From Hydrolagus colliei (Eukaryota): a stretch of DNA of 64,000 bases. The notes beneath the pieces are model-generated. The model made no database searches. It was not told the origin of the DNA and was given only the letters and a program-made list of their open reading frames with translations. Both the position numbers and the translations under genes were made by a program. The stretch is from NCBI GenBank assembly GCA_035084275.1, contig CM068756.1:14570001-14634000 (forward strand). Reading direction: 5' to 3'. This document shows positions 23,669-36,622 of this stretch, one piece after another; the stretch's first letter is position 1; each line of letters begins with the position of its first letter.

Positions 23669-26355
23669 GATGTGTCGGAATATATTACAATGCAATTCCA
23701 AAAAGGAAAATACACTTATATACCTGCTTTCACGTCGGGTTGACCACAGCCTTCAGCATTCAATGAATAGTCATTGTACAGTTTTATAGCTCATGAGAAA
23801 CTTGAAGGATTATGTACCTTCCGTATCTCTAGTATATATTTATATATACGTTTTAGAATCACTTTATGGAAGAGTCTATTGTAGAATAAAGCTAAATTTA
23901 TATTGTTTTTACTGAAACATTTCTGCAAACTATTGAAGAAATAAACATGGGCGAGGTTGTCTCCAGTTCAATGAAGACACAATATCAACAATATTATCAG
24001 TAAATTTAGAATCACTGGTTGTAGTATAGAAGCAGTGTGTGTGGAAACCAGTTCCTAAAATGGACAATGTTATCATGGAGATTGAATTAATGTACTGTAT
24101 TATTTCAGAATGATATTTAGATAGAATGTGAATTATTTGTGTTATATAAATTAGGTATACTACTTTTAAGCAATACCACTATGACTAGAAGTGAATTATT
24201 GTGTTGCTAGTTTAAGTATGATTAGTTTAAGCTAATTATGAAAGCTGTTTTAATACTGTAATAATAATTCTTGCATTTGGTATAGCACTTTACAACTGTT
24301 CTAGAGGCCGCAAAGTGCTTCACAGAATATACTAAAACTAATTGACCGTGTATTTGTGGGCAAAACACCGCAGCCAATTGTGAACAGCAGTGTCCCACAA
24401 ACAATCGGGAATTGTGATGACAAATTTATTATTGTTTAATTCTTGAGGGATTATTATCATGTGTGTGGAGTAAGGAAACTTGCCTACCGTTTCGCCCTAC
24501 CTGGAATTGTATCTGAGTCTCTTGCTTGCAAGGCGAGTGCTCTAATTACCGAGCTACAGGATTCTACGATTCCACGTTTCAATAATGATCAGATGAAAGT
24601 GTGTACTCCATAGCATATTTAGATGATTTGCAGATCATATTGTTTTAATTATCTTGTGCTGAGTTCCAGAAAATCTACGTAGGTACACGTGACAAGTGTT
24701 ACAGCGTGACTAGAAACATTTTAGATTAGAAAATCTCAGTATATTTGGCTTTGAATAGCTTAATTTGGCAAGAAGAAATAATTTTTTTGTAGCAAAAATT
24801 TGTTGTGCTACTTGTTGATTGATTGCTTCCCTCACTCTCTGGATCTCCATCCCACAGTTTATCTCTCTCCCCCCGCCCCCACCTTGCCTCCTTAAAGGCA
24901 CAAATCATGCTGCTACACTTTGACCATGCCTTCGATCGCCCTGCAACCTGCCTGATTCCTACGCTGAGATCGCGTCCAAAATCACAAAATTTGTTTAGCA
25001 CCTTTCACATTGGGAGGACCTCCCTAGGCACTGGACAGATAATATTCCAGACCCAACCTGAAGGTAGGAATTGGTGAGATCGGAGGGCAGATGGAGGGAA
25101 GGAGATCAATCAAAAGCACAGTCAAATTGGAGAGTCTTGAGGTTGGAGGCAAGGGATGGATCGAGGTGGAGGGATTGTGCGATATGCGGGACTTTGAAAT
25201 GCTGTCAGTCCGGCATATTGGGACCATCAGCTGATGTGAAATGCGCGATATAAATGTAATTTAGTTGTTGTTGACATACTGTCCGACATTGTTAGGCTAT
25301 ATCAAAATAAAATTCACAATTCAGATTGCACATCTACAGAACAACTGTATCTGAGTCAGCCCAAAGGTGTCCAGCTTCCCCGGTAGCCTAATCAATTAGA
25401 TATCATTTGGATGGGTGAGGACTTGCGGACCTTAACTGAATAAAACCAGGGAACCAGGATATAATGCACAACTAAGCTGTAACTTGTCAGCTCGAGTCCT
25501 CAATTTGAGTTGTTGTGGGAGCAAGCACATCTCTATGCTTCACCCAGGCCGAACTCCAACTTCAGGTCCTGCGACTCAAGCTATACGGATGTCCAAAATT
25601 ATCACTAACAACAGCAGAGAAAAGAAGAGTTGGATGATACAAGGACACAGCTGCAAGGTCACTGTTACCAAACAGCAGAAGTTCATCTGTTGCCCTTGAA
25701 CTCTAATATTTTCATCAGATTCAAATCTGAGCATAACATCATTCTATTACCTATTACGATCCTCCTTATTGAATCCATGCAAAAGCTTTTGCCACAGTAA
25801 GTAAAATAAGTAAATTAGCTAGGAACCATAAAATAGAAGAGATGCTGCTTTCTCTAGTTCCTACGGTTATATTTTGTCTTTCTATATTTTCTGGATGCAC
25901 CTTTTTTCTCAGGTTTCAATAGAGTGGTGAAAGCCACTGCTGGCTGCAGCTTCAAATCCAAAGTCTGAAATGATAAAAATAACTATGTGCACTATGTGAC
26001 CTAGGTGCACATCAGTAAGATATATTGTTGCATCTTGTGGTTTAAATGCAAACTAAGATCACTCAAGATGTGCCATTTAATGTGTTGCGCAATGATTAAA
26101 GCATTGGTTAAATTACAGAAATGGTATTGATTCCAAAATGTTTTAGCAACCGATTTCAGCAAATTGAAGTTTGTCATTCTTCTAAGTATCTCAGCGTTAA
26201 TAATTCAGCAACTGTGTAAATTCAGAAGTACATTTAGTTTTCAGTTGTTAGTACTGTAACATTAATACTATGGTAGAAGATTTATATTCATCTTAATAGT
26301 TACCAACGTTTGCATTTAGAAAGGAATAATTAAGTTTTTAGATTAATTGCTGAAT

Positions 26356-27153
26356 CATAGAATCATAGAATCATAGAATTTTACGGCACAAAAGGAGGCC
26401 ATTCGGCCCATCTAGTCTGTGCCGGCTCTTTGAAAAGAGCGATTCAATCCCACTGCCCTGCCCGCTCCCCATAGCCTAATAGACCCGTTCTCCCTAAATA
26501 AAGATCTAATTCCCTTTTAAAAGTTGTTATCGAATCAGCCTCCACCACCTTTTCAGGCAATGCATTCCAGATTCGAACAACTCGCTGAGTGAAACAATTT
26601 CTCCTCAGCTCCCCTCTACTGCGCCTTGAAACTATTTTAAATCTGTGACCACGAGTCACAGATTCACCCACGAGTGGAAATAGTTTTTCTCTATTTGCCC
26701 TGTCGAAACCCCTCATGATCTTATAAACCTCTATTAGGTCTCCCCTCAATCTTCTCTGCTCCAGAGAGAATAACCCTAGCCTATCTAGCCTCTCCTCATA
26801 GCTGAAGTCCCTCAATCCTGGCACCATCCTAGTAAATCTTCGTTGTACCCTTTCCAATGCCTTCACATCCTTTCTGTAGTGTGGTGACCAGAATTGAACA
26901 CAGTATTCCAGCTGAGGCCTCACCAAAGTCCTATAGAGGTTAGTCAGCACTTCCTGACTTTTGTACTCTATACCCCTATTTATAAAGCCTAGTATCCCAT
27001 ATGCCTTCTTAACAGCCTTGTCTACAGCCTTGTCTACCTGTCCTGCCACCTTCAACGAGTCACTAACACAAATCCCCAGGTCTCTCTGTTCCTTTACACC
27101 ATTTAAAATTGTACTATCTAGCCTATATTGCCTCCCTTCATTTCTTCTCCCAA
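26356..27153 (-). mobile_element. 5'-truncated CR1 LINE (RT C-terminus + (ctatgatt)n tail)
   Basis: ORF 26444-27055 contains LVRPQLEYCVQFWSPHY...LERVQRRFTRMVPGL; absent at the homologous site of gene C's intron (about 41545). Confidence 0.92.
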
Positions 27154-28537
27154 TATATATTTTAAAAGAATATATAATTCTTTTAAAAATGTGTAATTAA
27201 CGGACATTAAAAACTGTGATGACACTTGTGTTCTCACTAAGAAAATGATCCTCTTGCGACATCCTATCACAGCATGGTTCAATTGGTAGCACTCTCAGCT
27301 CTGAGTTAACAGGTTTAAGCCACACCATCCACGCAGAGCTGACAGTGTACTGCATTGTTGGAGGTGCTATTTGCAGACCTTCAACCAGGAACCCTTCTCC
27401 ATGTTGAGGTGGTCGATATGGATCCCATGGTATGCAAAGTACTGGAAAATCGAAGCGAATTTCTCCAAGTGTCACAGGCACCCAAAACAAAATAAACAGA
27501 CAAAATAAAACTGGTCATTCCTTTCATGTTGGTTTGTGACAATAACAATCCTTGTATTCATGGGACATGGATGTGTGTTATTGGCCTGCTGCATCTGCAA
27601 TTACACAGTCACTTAATTTCATAGTAAATTTCATGGAATGTGAAACACTTTGAGATGTTCCACGGACGTATAATAATAATAATACTAATAATCCTTGCAT
27701 TTGATAAATTGCTTTTCACATCTTCTAGACATCTCAAAGCACTTCACAGAATATACTGTACTGTGAAGTCAATTGACTGTATATATTTTGTTGGCGAAAC
27801 GTGGCAGCCAATTGTGCACAGCAGTGTCCGACAAACAGTGATGGATTGAAGTCATTGATTTTTTTTTGGTGAGGGATTATTATTCACAGGCACAGGCACC
27901 CAAAACAAAATAAACAGACAAAATAAAACTGGTCATTCCTTTCATGATGGTTTGTCATAATAACAATCCTTGTATTTATGGGACATGGATGTGCGTTATT
28001 GGACTGCTGCATTCGCCTCCAATTACACAGTCACTTCATTTCGTAGTAAATCATGTGAAGCATTTTAAGATGTTCCACTAAATTAACATAAATAATAACA
28101 ACAATAATGCTTGTATTTGATATAGTGCCTTTCACATCTTCTAGACATCTCAAAGCACTTCACGGAATATAGTGTGAAGTCAATTGACTCCATATATTTT
28201 ATGGGCGAAACACGGCAGCCAATTGCGCACAGCAGTGTCCCACAAACAGTGATGGATTAACTAATTCCTTCTTTTTTTTGGTGAGGGAATATTATTAGAG
28301 GTGTATAGAGTCAGGAAACTTGCCAAAGGTTTCACGCTGTCCGGAATTGAATCCAGGTCTCTCAATTGTGAGACAAGCGCTCTAACTGCCGAGCTACAAT
28401 ATAAATCATGCAGACTCCACAACGTAATGAAAGGAGTTCAGATAGATCCTCACTCTATCTATTAAATATTGACTGTGTTGCAGTTGAATGACTCCAGTTA
28501 CAAAGCACAGCCTCATGATTCTGTCCTCACTTCACAG

Positions 28538-28641
28538 AAATTGACTACAAATTTGTAATTTGCCGGTTCACATTATGCATGTGTCTTATACTGGTTTTGG
28601 TGATCATCACGGTGGACCATTTCAGAAATTTGCCCCTTTAA
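28538..28641 (+). CDS. Gene B, TM exon with stop
   Basis: ttcacAG, phase 1: EIDYKFVICRFTLCMCLILVLVIITVDHFRNLPL*; TAA AG|GTAAGG. Completes a 260-aa ORF. Confidence 0.82.
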
Positions 28642-28759
28642 AGGTAAGGAATTCCTTTCTTTTTAGCCACTTTTGTCTTAAATTGATTGTATTTCCAGTG
28701 CTTAGTATAACAACAATAACAGTATGTTATTGTATGTGAACAGTATTCCTCATCTATAC

Positions 28760-29743
28760 GCTTCCTCTTGGGGATGTGATCCGCAGACATGGGCACACTT
28801 CCACATGTAGGCGGATGACACCCAACTCTATCTCTCCACTTCACTTTGTGACCCCCAGTCCCCTGATGTTCTGTCAGCCTGCCTGTCAGACATCAGGGAC
28901 TGGATGAGCACAAATTTCTTGCAGCTGAATGTTAACAAGACGGAGGCGATACTCCTCGGCTCTCGTCAACGTCTCCATTCTCACGGCTCTCACCTCCTCC
29001 ACCTTCCCGGCCTGCCCCTAAACCTCTCCGAACTTGTGCGAAACCTTGGCATCAGGTTCGACCCCCAACTGTCCTTCCTCCCACACATCCGGTCCTTCAC
29101 CAGCACTGCCTTCTACCACCTCCGACGGATCGCCCGTCTCCAGCAATACCTCACTTTAAAAGCCACTGAAACCTTGGTCCACGCCTTCGTCACCTCTCGG
29201 CTGGAGTATTGCAATGCCCTCCTCGCCGGTCACCGCTCCACCACAATCCACAAAATCCACCTTATCCAAAACTCTGCCGCCCGCAAACTCACCTGCTCTA
29301 AGCTTCGCTCCCCCATTACCCCAGTCCTTGCCAGACTTCACTGGCTCCCTATCCCAGAGAGGATCGACTTCAAGATACTCACCCTTGTTTTCAAATCTCT
29401 CCACTCCTCTGCACCCCCCTATCTCTCTGATCTCCTCTCCCCCCAACCTAGCACCCGCTGCCTTCGTTCCTCTGGGTCTGGCCTCCTCCATGTCCCCAGA
29501 GTCCTCCGCTCCACCCTCGGCGGCCGTGCCTTTATCCACTATGCCCCGAGGCTCTGGAACTCCCTTCCTCACTCGCTTTGCCTCGCCCCCTCTCTTCCCA
29601 GTTTCAGGTCACAGTTGAAGACCTGAGTTTTTGGTCACCTTCCTGCCCCTGCCCCTGGCTCGGTCCCGTGATCTGCTACTTTGAAGCACTCTGAGACGTC
29701 GTCCGGCGTGGAGGGCGCTATATAAATAGAAGTTGTTGTTGTT
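28760..29743 (+). mobile_element. L2 LINE 3' portion (RT C-terminus + tail)
   Basis: *ADDTQLYLS (YADD mutated to TAG), ORF 28904-29626, tail gcgctatataaatagaagttgttgttg. Confidence 0.9.
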
Positions 29744-30586
29744 GTATGTACTTGTATAGCACCCTCTACGCCAGGTAGTATCTCAGAGCACTTAACATTG
29801 GCGTAGCCTGACTCTCCATGCATTGGTGTGGTGTGTGGGGGTAGCTTGGACATAAGCGCGGTCGGTGGGAAAAGTTTTCAGGTGGTACGTGAAAAAGGGG
29901 AAAGAGGTGGGCAATGCGTCACAAGCATGAGAACTATGTTCGAATCCAGGCAGATCAGGACAGAACCTTGGGCAAGTTTCCTTATTCCACATGCTTACGA
30001 AAAATACTTCAAAAAAAAACAAACAATAATAAAATTGGCCATTTCAATCCTGTGTGCAATTGGCTGCCACGTTTCACCCATAAATATATTGTCAATTCAC
30101 TTTATATTTCATTCTGTGAAGCGCTTTGAGGCGTCGATAAGATGTGAAAAGCACGATATCAAAAGCAAGGATTATTATTATATAATGCAGAGGTAGAGTC
30201 GAGGGAGAGAGGTAGAGTATTCCAGAGTATCAGGGCTAAAGTTACGTCCAGAATGAGATGTTTTGATCAATCCTGGTGTTTAATACTCAGAAACTCATCA
30301 CCATAATTCACACCTTTTACAAGAGAGATTTTGTTTTTGAGGTTCATAATTTGGTGCCAGTGGACTGGGGGAGTAATAATGTACTGCATTATAAATTATG
30401 AATTCAACACAAAAAAAGTGTTCCCACCTACTTCCCACCCATTTGAAGGACATTAATTACGAAAATGATGTCGACCTTGATATCGTAGAAATTATGTTAT
30501 TTCCTTAAATGGATAACCTAACAGGTCACCTGCTCTGAAAATTTAAGCAATAAACCTATTAATCACTTTGCCTTTCTGTTCCACAG

Positions 30587-31306
30587 GGATTATAAACCGA
30601 CGCTGGGTGTTTCATTGTTTAATGAATGTTGCCTTACAATCTGGAACGTCAACAAACCTTGAAACCCATTTAAATTGGACCATTATTATTTTGTGTGTTA
30701 CACAGCACAACCAGTGGTTTTATGTGCTGGCCAGATGTTTTTTTTTAGTCCAAAATATTTTAATGCTTCTGAATTGATCATGTGCAGTAATACATTACTT
30801 CAGTTATCACATTAATTCAGCCACACTTCTTAATTAACAATAGCAATGAGCTGTATGAAATTTGGGCCCCATGTAAGGAAACCAGAAGATTCCATGGGAT
30901 CTATAGATTGCAGTTTTTCATAATGCAACTGAAAAATAAAGTGGAATAGAACATGAATGGAACCAAGTATTGTATGATGAGAATGGTTATTATGCTGCAG
31001 TTTATCTCCAAACAAATGTGTCACGTTTCACATAAGGATAGATAAATATTGTACCCATGATAACTTCACCTGTACAGGTAAGTTAACAACCGTTGAATAA
31101 GTTACACCTGATGGATTTGTCAAATGTGAACAATAATGTACCAATACAGCTTTACAAACATTGCAACTTTTTTATTAGCACGTGTTGAATTTACATTGCA
31201 TGTTTACACTTTTACGTTGTCTCTGCAAATTTCTATTTAGCCTTGCATAATCTATTGTAGATTTTAAAGATGCTTTGATTAAATTTCTTCAATTGCATTT
31301 AATAAA
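30587..31306 (+). other. Gene B, putative non-coding terminal exon / 3' UTR
   Basis: Acceptor tttctgttccacAG conserved in C and X; AATAAA at 31301-31306. Confidence 0.5.
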
Positions 31307-32027
31307 ATATTGTGATCTTGACATGTATGAATCTTCTTGGAATACTTAGGATTTCATATGAAATGTAATCATGAGCAGACTTTTTTATGACAATTCCATT
31401 GTGATAACTAAAAAGAACTAATGCATGGTTATCAACAGCTATAGGGAAAACAGCTATAGGGCCACCCACATCGGCAGGACGCCTCACAGCGTTTCTCGGT
31501 GTTGGATGGGGACCGGTGGCAGGGTGACCATCGAGAGGTTCTGGAAGGAGGAAAGTTCTGGGTGACAGTCGAGAGGTGTAAGGAGGAAGAAACTTGACAA
31601 AAAGCGTGGGAAAGAGAAATATTTCAATTGAAACAATGGTAATTAGATCGCTGCAGTTTTTTGGGAGCGAAGTCAGGACAGCGGGGGGCAAAGCCAAGGT
31701 TTACCAGCACGATATAAAGCCGAGGCCAGGTCAGTCAGGTCGCAGATTCTCAAAAAATTACGTAGGCTACTCTCACTGAAACTCCCTTCCTCACTCCCTT
31801 CGCTTCGCCCCCTCTCTTCTTAGTTTCAGGTCTCAGCTGAAGACCTTTCTTTTTGACCGCACCTTCGGTCACCTTTTTCCCCCTCCCCCGGGCTTGGGCC
31901 TGGGATCCGTTATTGTGAAGCACTCTGAGATGCCGTCGTGGAGTGCGCTATATAAATTGAAGTTGTTGTTCTTGTGCACCTTGTTGTTGTGCACCTGATG
32001 TGCATGTTAACAGACAGGTTGGTCCAC

Positions 32028-33215
32028 TAGGGTCCGGCGATATATCGATATATCACTAAAATCCGATATAATTTTCATATCGATACGCCGATATAGGCAT
32101 TTCAAAAATATCGATATGTTGAAAAATCGATATGTCGAGGAAAAAATCGGCATGCGCGCACACTGAACAACAAGACCCAGAATGCTCATCTCTATCCACA
32201 ATGTACAGACCGAGGTGCAAGGCCGCCATATTGTATTCACAGTCCTCGAATACAATATACAGGTATACAAGGGGTGGGGGTGAGAGAGACGGCGGGGTGG
32301 GGGGGGGGGGGGTGAGGGGGAGAGAGACGGCTGGGGTGGGTGAGGGGGAGAGATATGGCTGGGGGGGGGGGGTGGGGGTGAGAGAGACAGCTGGGGGGGA
32401 GTGAGGGGGAGAGAGACGGCGGGGGGGCGGGGGAGGGGGAGAGAGATGGCTGGGGGGAGAGAGACGGCTGGGGGGAGAGGGGGAGGGGGAGAGAGATGGA
32501 TGGGGGGGGCGGTGGAGGGGGAGTGAGACGGATGGGGGGGGTGGGGGAGGGGGAGAGAGATGGCTGGGGCGGGAGGGGGAGAGAGACGGCTGGGGGTGGA
32601 GGGGGAGAGAGACAGCTGGGGGGGTGGGGGGGATGGGGGGGGCGGAGAGACGGCTGTGGGCGCGTGAGGGGGATAGAGACGGCTGGGGGGGTTGTGGGGG
32701 GAGAGACGGCTGTGGGGTGGGAGGGTGAGAGAGATGGCTGTGGGGGTGTTGGGGGGGGAGAGAGACGGCTGGGGGGGTGTTGTGGGGGGAGAGAGACGGC
32801 TGGGGGGGAGGGGAAAGAGACGGCTGAGGGGGTGGTGGGGGAGGGAGACGGCTCGGGGGGGGGGGTGTGGGGGGAGAGAGATGGTGGGGGGGGGGGAGAG
32901 ACGGGGTGGATGTCATAATATACAGATAGAGATGTGGGTGATGTGAGAGAGACACACAGACAGAAAAACACAGAGATGGAGAGAGTGAGAGACACAGAGA
33001 GAGAAAGATATTTACCTCCTCAGGACATAGGCCCCGAATGCACGCGCATCCCGAATGCGCACACACCCGGAACGCGCACGCACTCCGAATGCGCGCGCAC
33101 TTGGTATGCGCGCATGCGCAGTACGAAAAACCTGAAAATATTGATATTTCGGTATATCTCGATATGAGCCCATCGATATATCTAAATCGGAAAATTTCCA
33201 TATCGACGGACCCTA
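32028..33215. mobile_element. hAT-type MITE (same family as 14639-15068, opposite orientation) with an internal G-rich array
   Basis: TIRs TAGGGTCCGGCGATAT / ATATCGACGGACCCTA; degenerate TSD (tggtccac vs acctccac). Confidence 0.8.
32271..32909 (+). repeat. G-rich minisatellite (gagagagacggctgggggg-type units)
   Basis: About 640 bp of roughly 20-25-nt units with G-runs of 5-10. Confidence 0.9.
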
Positions 33216-33792
33216 ACCTCCACAAACATTCATGAACAATAAATATATTTGATTACCTCCATTCATAGACCCGCAGGATGTTATGGCATATAAGAAGGCC
33301 ATTCGGCCCAACTGCCACACATTGGACACGATTTCAATATTATTAAGAGTTTTTCTTACAAATTCCAACCAATCTGGATCTTGAAATTAGCATTCTTAAG
33401 AATGGTTAATGTCATTGTGAAATAAATTATTGCAACCCTTTGTTGCGGCCAATAATGCAAGATAGTGTTTCACAAATTTCACCATCGTTATCATATTATA
33501 ATAATGCTTGCAGCCGATATGCCCCGCCCATTCACAACCACCCAATTATATTTCCTCCAATTTACTGTCATCTGTCATCTGCAAATCAACACTTTCATCT
33601 TTGCTACAAGACAAGAGATTGTCAATTGTTCAGTGGGCAAATGCCTTTGCAAACTACATCCAATTAAATTGTGTCTGTTGAGTTCACAGATTTAAAGTCA
33701 AATATCACTGCCACATCTCTCATTTCCAGCATCTGCAACCCAGTGCTACTATCCAGCCACAGGATTATAGTTTGTCTCAGCCAGTGATTAAT

Positions 33793-33841
33793 ATGGGTGT
33801 TATTTTTCATTCTCTGTTTCTCATGGCAATACATTCTACAG
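33793..33841 (+). CDS. Gene C, leader exon
   Basis: MGVIFHSLFLMAIHST+G followed by GTGTGT; 49 nt, phase 1. Confidence 0.78.
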
Positions 33842-34042
33842 GTGTGTTTAGATTATATCTGCAATCTTCTGAATAATAATGTAAATATGATATGATAAAT
33901 TGTCAAACTGTAATTTTCTCCGTAATCACTTCCATTAATGTTTGATGAGTGAACAATGTCTTGTTATATGTTTTGCTCTACGTTTTTTCTTTGTATTCAT
34001 TTTACCATCTGTATAATCCTAGTTTGAAATTATTTCTGACAG

Positions 34043-34363
34043 TAACTGATGATACGTTGATCGAGGTAGTACAACAGCCCAAACATGGAATTTCAGTGGC
34101 AGGTGCAAACATCACCTTCAAATGCATTTTTGCTGTCCACCTCAATAACACACGCATAAAAGTGTATTGGTCAAAGCAGGGAGAGCATGGATGTCTGCAA
34201 GCAAAGGCAGATAACAGGAAAATATTTGGAGTTGAAGATGAAGGAATTTACTTCTTCCAGCTATTGGATGTGAACTTACAAGACTCTGGAGTATATTACT
34301 GTGAAGTGATCCGTGAGGGGAGAATCGCGGGAAATGGATCTGGGTCACGGTTAACTGTATGTG
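34043..34363 (+). CDS. Gene C, VJ-type V exon
   Basis: 321 nt, tctgacAG/GTATGT; VTDDTLIEVVQQPKHGISVAGANITFKC...VYWSK...QDSGVYYC...GNGSGSRLTVC. Confidence 0.9.
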
Positions 34364-34833
34364 GTATGTATGATTATATGGCAACTATTCCAATATTTAA
34401 ATATGACACTGATATTTCAGTGGAACAGAATTGTGATTTTATTTATTGTGATTTAATGCAACATAATTATGGCGTAACTAATTGTTGTAATTCCCTACCA
34501 TGAGTCTTTAAAATAGTTATCCCACACACATCATATCTTATTTCCCAGTTTAATGGTAATTACCAAATAGAATCGTCGTTGACTTCATTACTGTTTGCAG
34601 GAAATTTCTGTGTGTCAATTGGCTGCTTCATTTGCCTTCAAAATACAAACAGAGCATGTGTCACTAAAATCCCGTGAAGTGCTTTGAAACAATCCCCTAA
34701 AGTGAATGAACTTCTATGAAATGCAGGTATTCTTATTATTAGTATTATAGATTGCCACATATGTCAACCATCAAAAGGCATTTGACAAAGTGCCACATGA
34801 GAGACTTATTAGCAAATTAAAGGCCCATGGCAT

Positions 34834-35423
34834 TGTGAAGTTGTAATTTTTTACTCGTTCCCAGAACCGTTGTCTAACAAAAAGACCATACACCGTGGAT
34901 AAGGAAATGTAAAGTTTATTTGCAATAGCAAGAGCTGATTCTCAGAAGTCAACAGTCTCCAAGTAGAGTACCTGACAGTCAAAAGAATGAGCTGCCGGTG
35001 GTCAGTTAATGCAGCCTTTTTATACCCAAAAAGGCAGGGGTTTGCAGTACACACAAAGACAGTTACAAAAGTATTACCAATCACAGGGTTCCAACAACTA
35101 TTCGAATGGTGACATCACTCAATCCATGTCTCTCTAACAAAGTGAAATGTTAAAAACAAGCTTATCTCCAGATAGTGTCTAGTTTAGACAATGTCAAGGT
35201 TTGCTGGAGTTACTGTTTTCTGCCCCGTGAAATACTCAGATAAGGATGCGAGTGGCATTGTGCCAATCTGCATTTCCCAGGACCTGTCTTTTTCATTTTG
35301 TTAGTGGGCCAAAAGCACAGAAATTACATCTAGGCATAAAATGGCTAATTTCATATTTTGTTAGTGGGTTAAAAGTATAGAAGTTACATCTAGGTATAAA
35401 TGGCTAAATTTTACAATTTCACA
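34834..35423 (-). mobile_element. 3' LTR of an LTR retroelement
   Basis: Inverted termini TGTGAA(A/G)TTGTAA; PPT AAAAGGAGGGAA (rc 35424-35435) directly before it; TATAAAA (rc 35018-35024) and AATAAA (rc 34915-34920). Confidence 0.82.
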
Positions 35424-36622
35424 TTCCCTCCTTTTATCATATCCCATATGATAACAACAATTATTCATTTTTAATAATTATTTCATTTATCCCTTGCATT
35501 TCATTTTCCTCTTCCCAATATTTCCTGTCCTTTCTTACTTTTCGTTCTGCTAACTCTCTTTTTATTGTTTACTAGACCTTCTTTGAATACCAAGATACTG
35601 AGAGTTCTTTTAGTTCATTTATCACAATATTAGTTCTAATTAAATCATGAATTTGCATACAGCTTTGAATTCCAATAACCTTACACACTCCACCATAACT
35701 AACTCAGCCAGTTGATCACTTGGACATTGTCCAGAAGCAATGTCAAAACCAGACTATCTAAAGGCCAGAGTTGTAGGGAGTTGTTCGCCTCCCTTCTTTT
35801 CCCAGACCTTGAGATGGCTCTCCTGCTATTCACTTGGCAATTTCCCAAATGGGTACAATCCTTTGTGCCTTTGTTAATTGTTTCTCTCCCTTTTGCTCAA
35901 GGTTGCTGACTGTGCCTGTGTTGTGGATAGATTGTTTTAATTGGTGCCCGATTGGAACTAACTATAATTTTTAGTACAGTACCTCCATAACCCAACTTTA
36001 GTACAGTACCTCCATAACCCAACAGACCCCACCTTGAGAGTGAGAAAATACAATTTTTGATCTCTCACAACCGAACTACGCCTGTATTAATTTAGCAAGT
36101 TGTAAATCCCTTTTGTATCATTCATGCGCAGCCCTTGGCGTAAATAGCATGTTAGCAGAAAAGTATAAAATACCATAAGACATTGTAAAATCACAAAAAC
36201 ATAAGACATGAGAAGTACAGTTCAGAGCAAGACATGTGTAGTACAGTTCAGTACAATTAATTAAGCAGATTGATACAGTGGCTGTGATTAGGAATCGACT
36301 TTTTTTAAAAAAAACATAATACAGTTTGTGTTGATTGTAGAATATCTTCCTTTTTCCAAGAACGATTAGACTTGTCTTCTTTGTTCTCAAACTCAGACCT
36401 TTTTGGTCACACATCCAAATCTGTAGTGAGAAATTCAACAGCTCGTTTTGACCATTCACTGGTAAAATGTCCTTGAAAGTCCATAGAGTCCGTTTTGTTT
36501 CAGCAAACAAGTCCATGAGTCTTTAGAATTTCCTTTTTGGTCAATGTAAGACAAGACCAGAATGTCCAGTTCCCACCTCGAGTGGGTCAAACTGATTACC
36601 ATCATCATTATCAAAATCTTCA
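35424..36622 (-). mobile_element. Truncated internal region of the LTR element
   Basis: Contiguous with the PPT/LTR and foreign to the flanking CR1; no intact gag/pol/env ORF recognised. Confidence 0.55.

Noticed and set aside
29156-29618. Overlapping 138-aa and 134-aa ORFs
   Set aside because: Alternative frames of the L2 RT fragment.
32056-33225. Long Pro-rich or Gly-rich ORFs (389, 252, 140 aa)
   Set aside because: Artefacts of the stop-free G-rich minisatellite inside a MITE.
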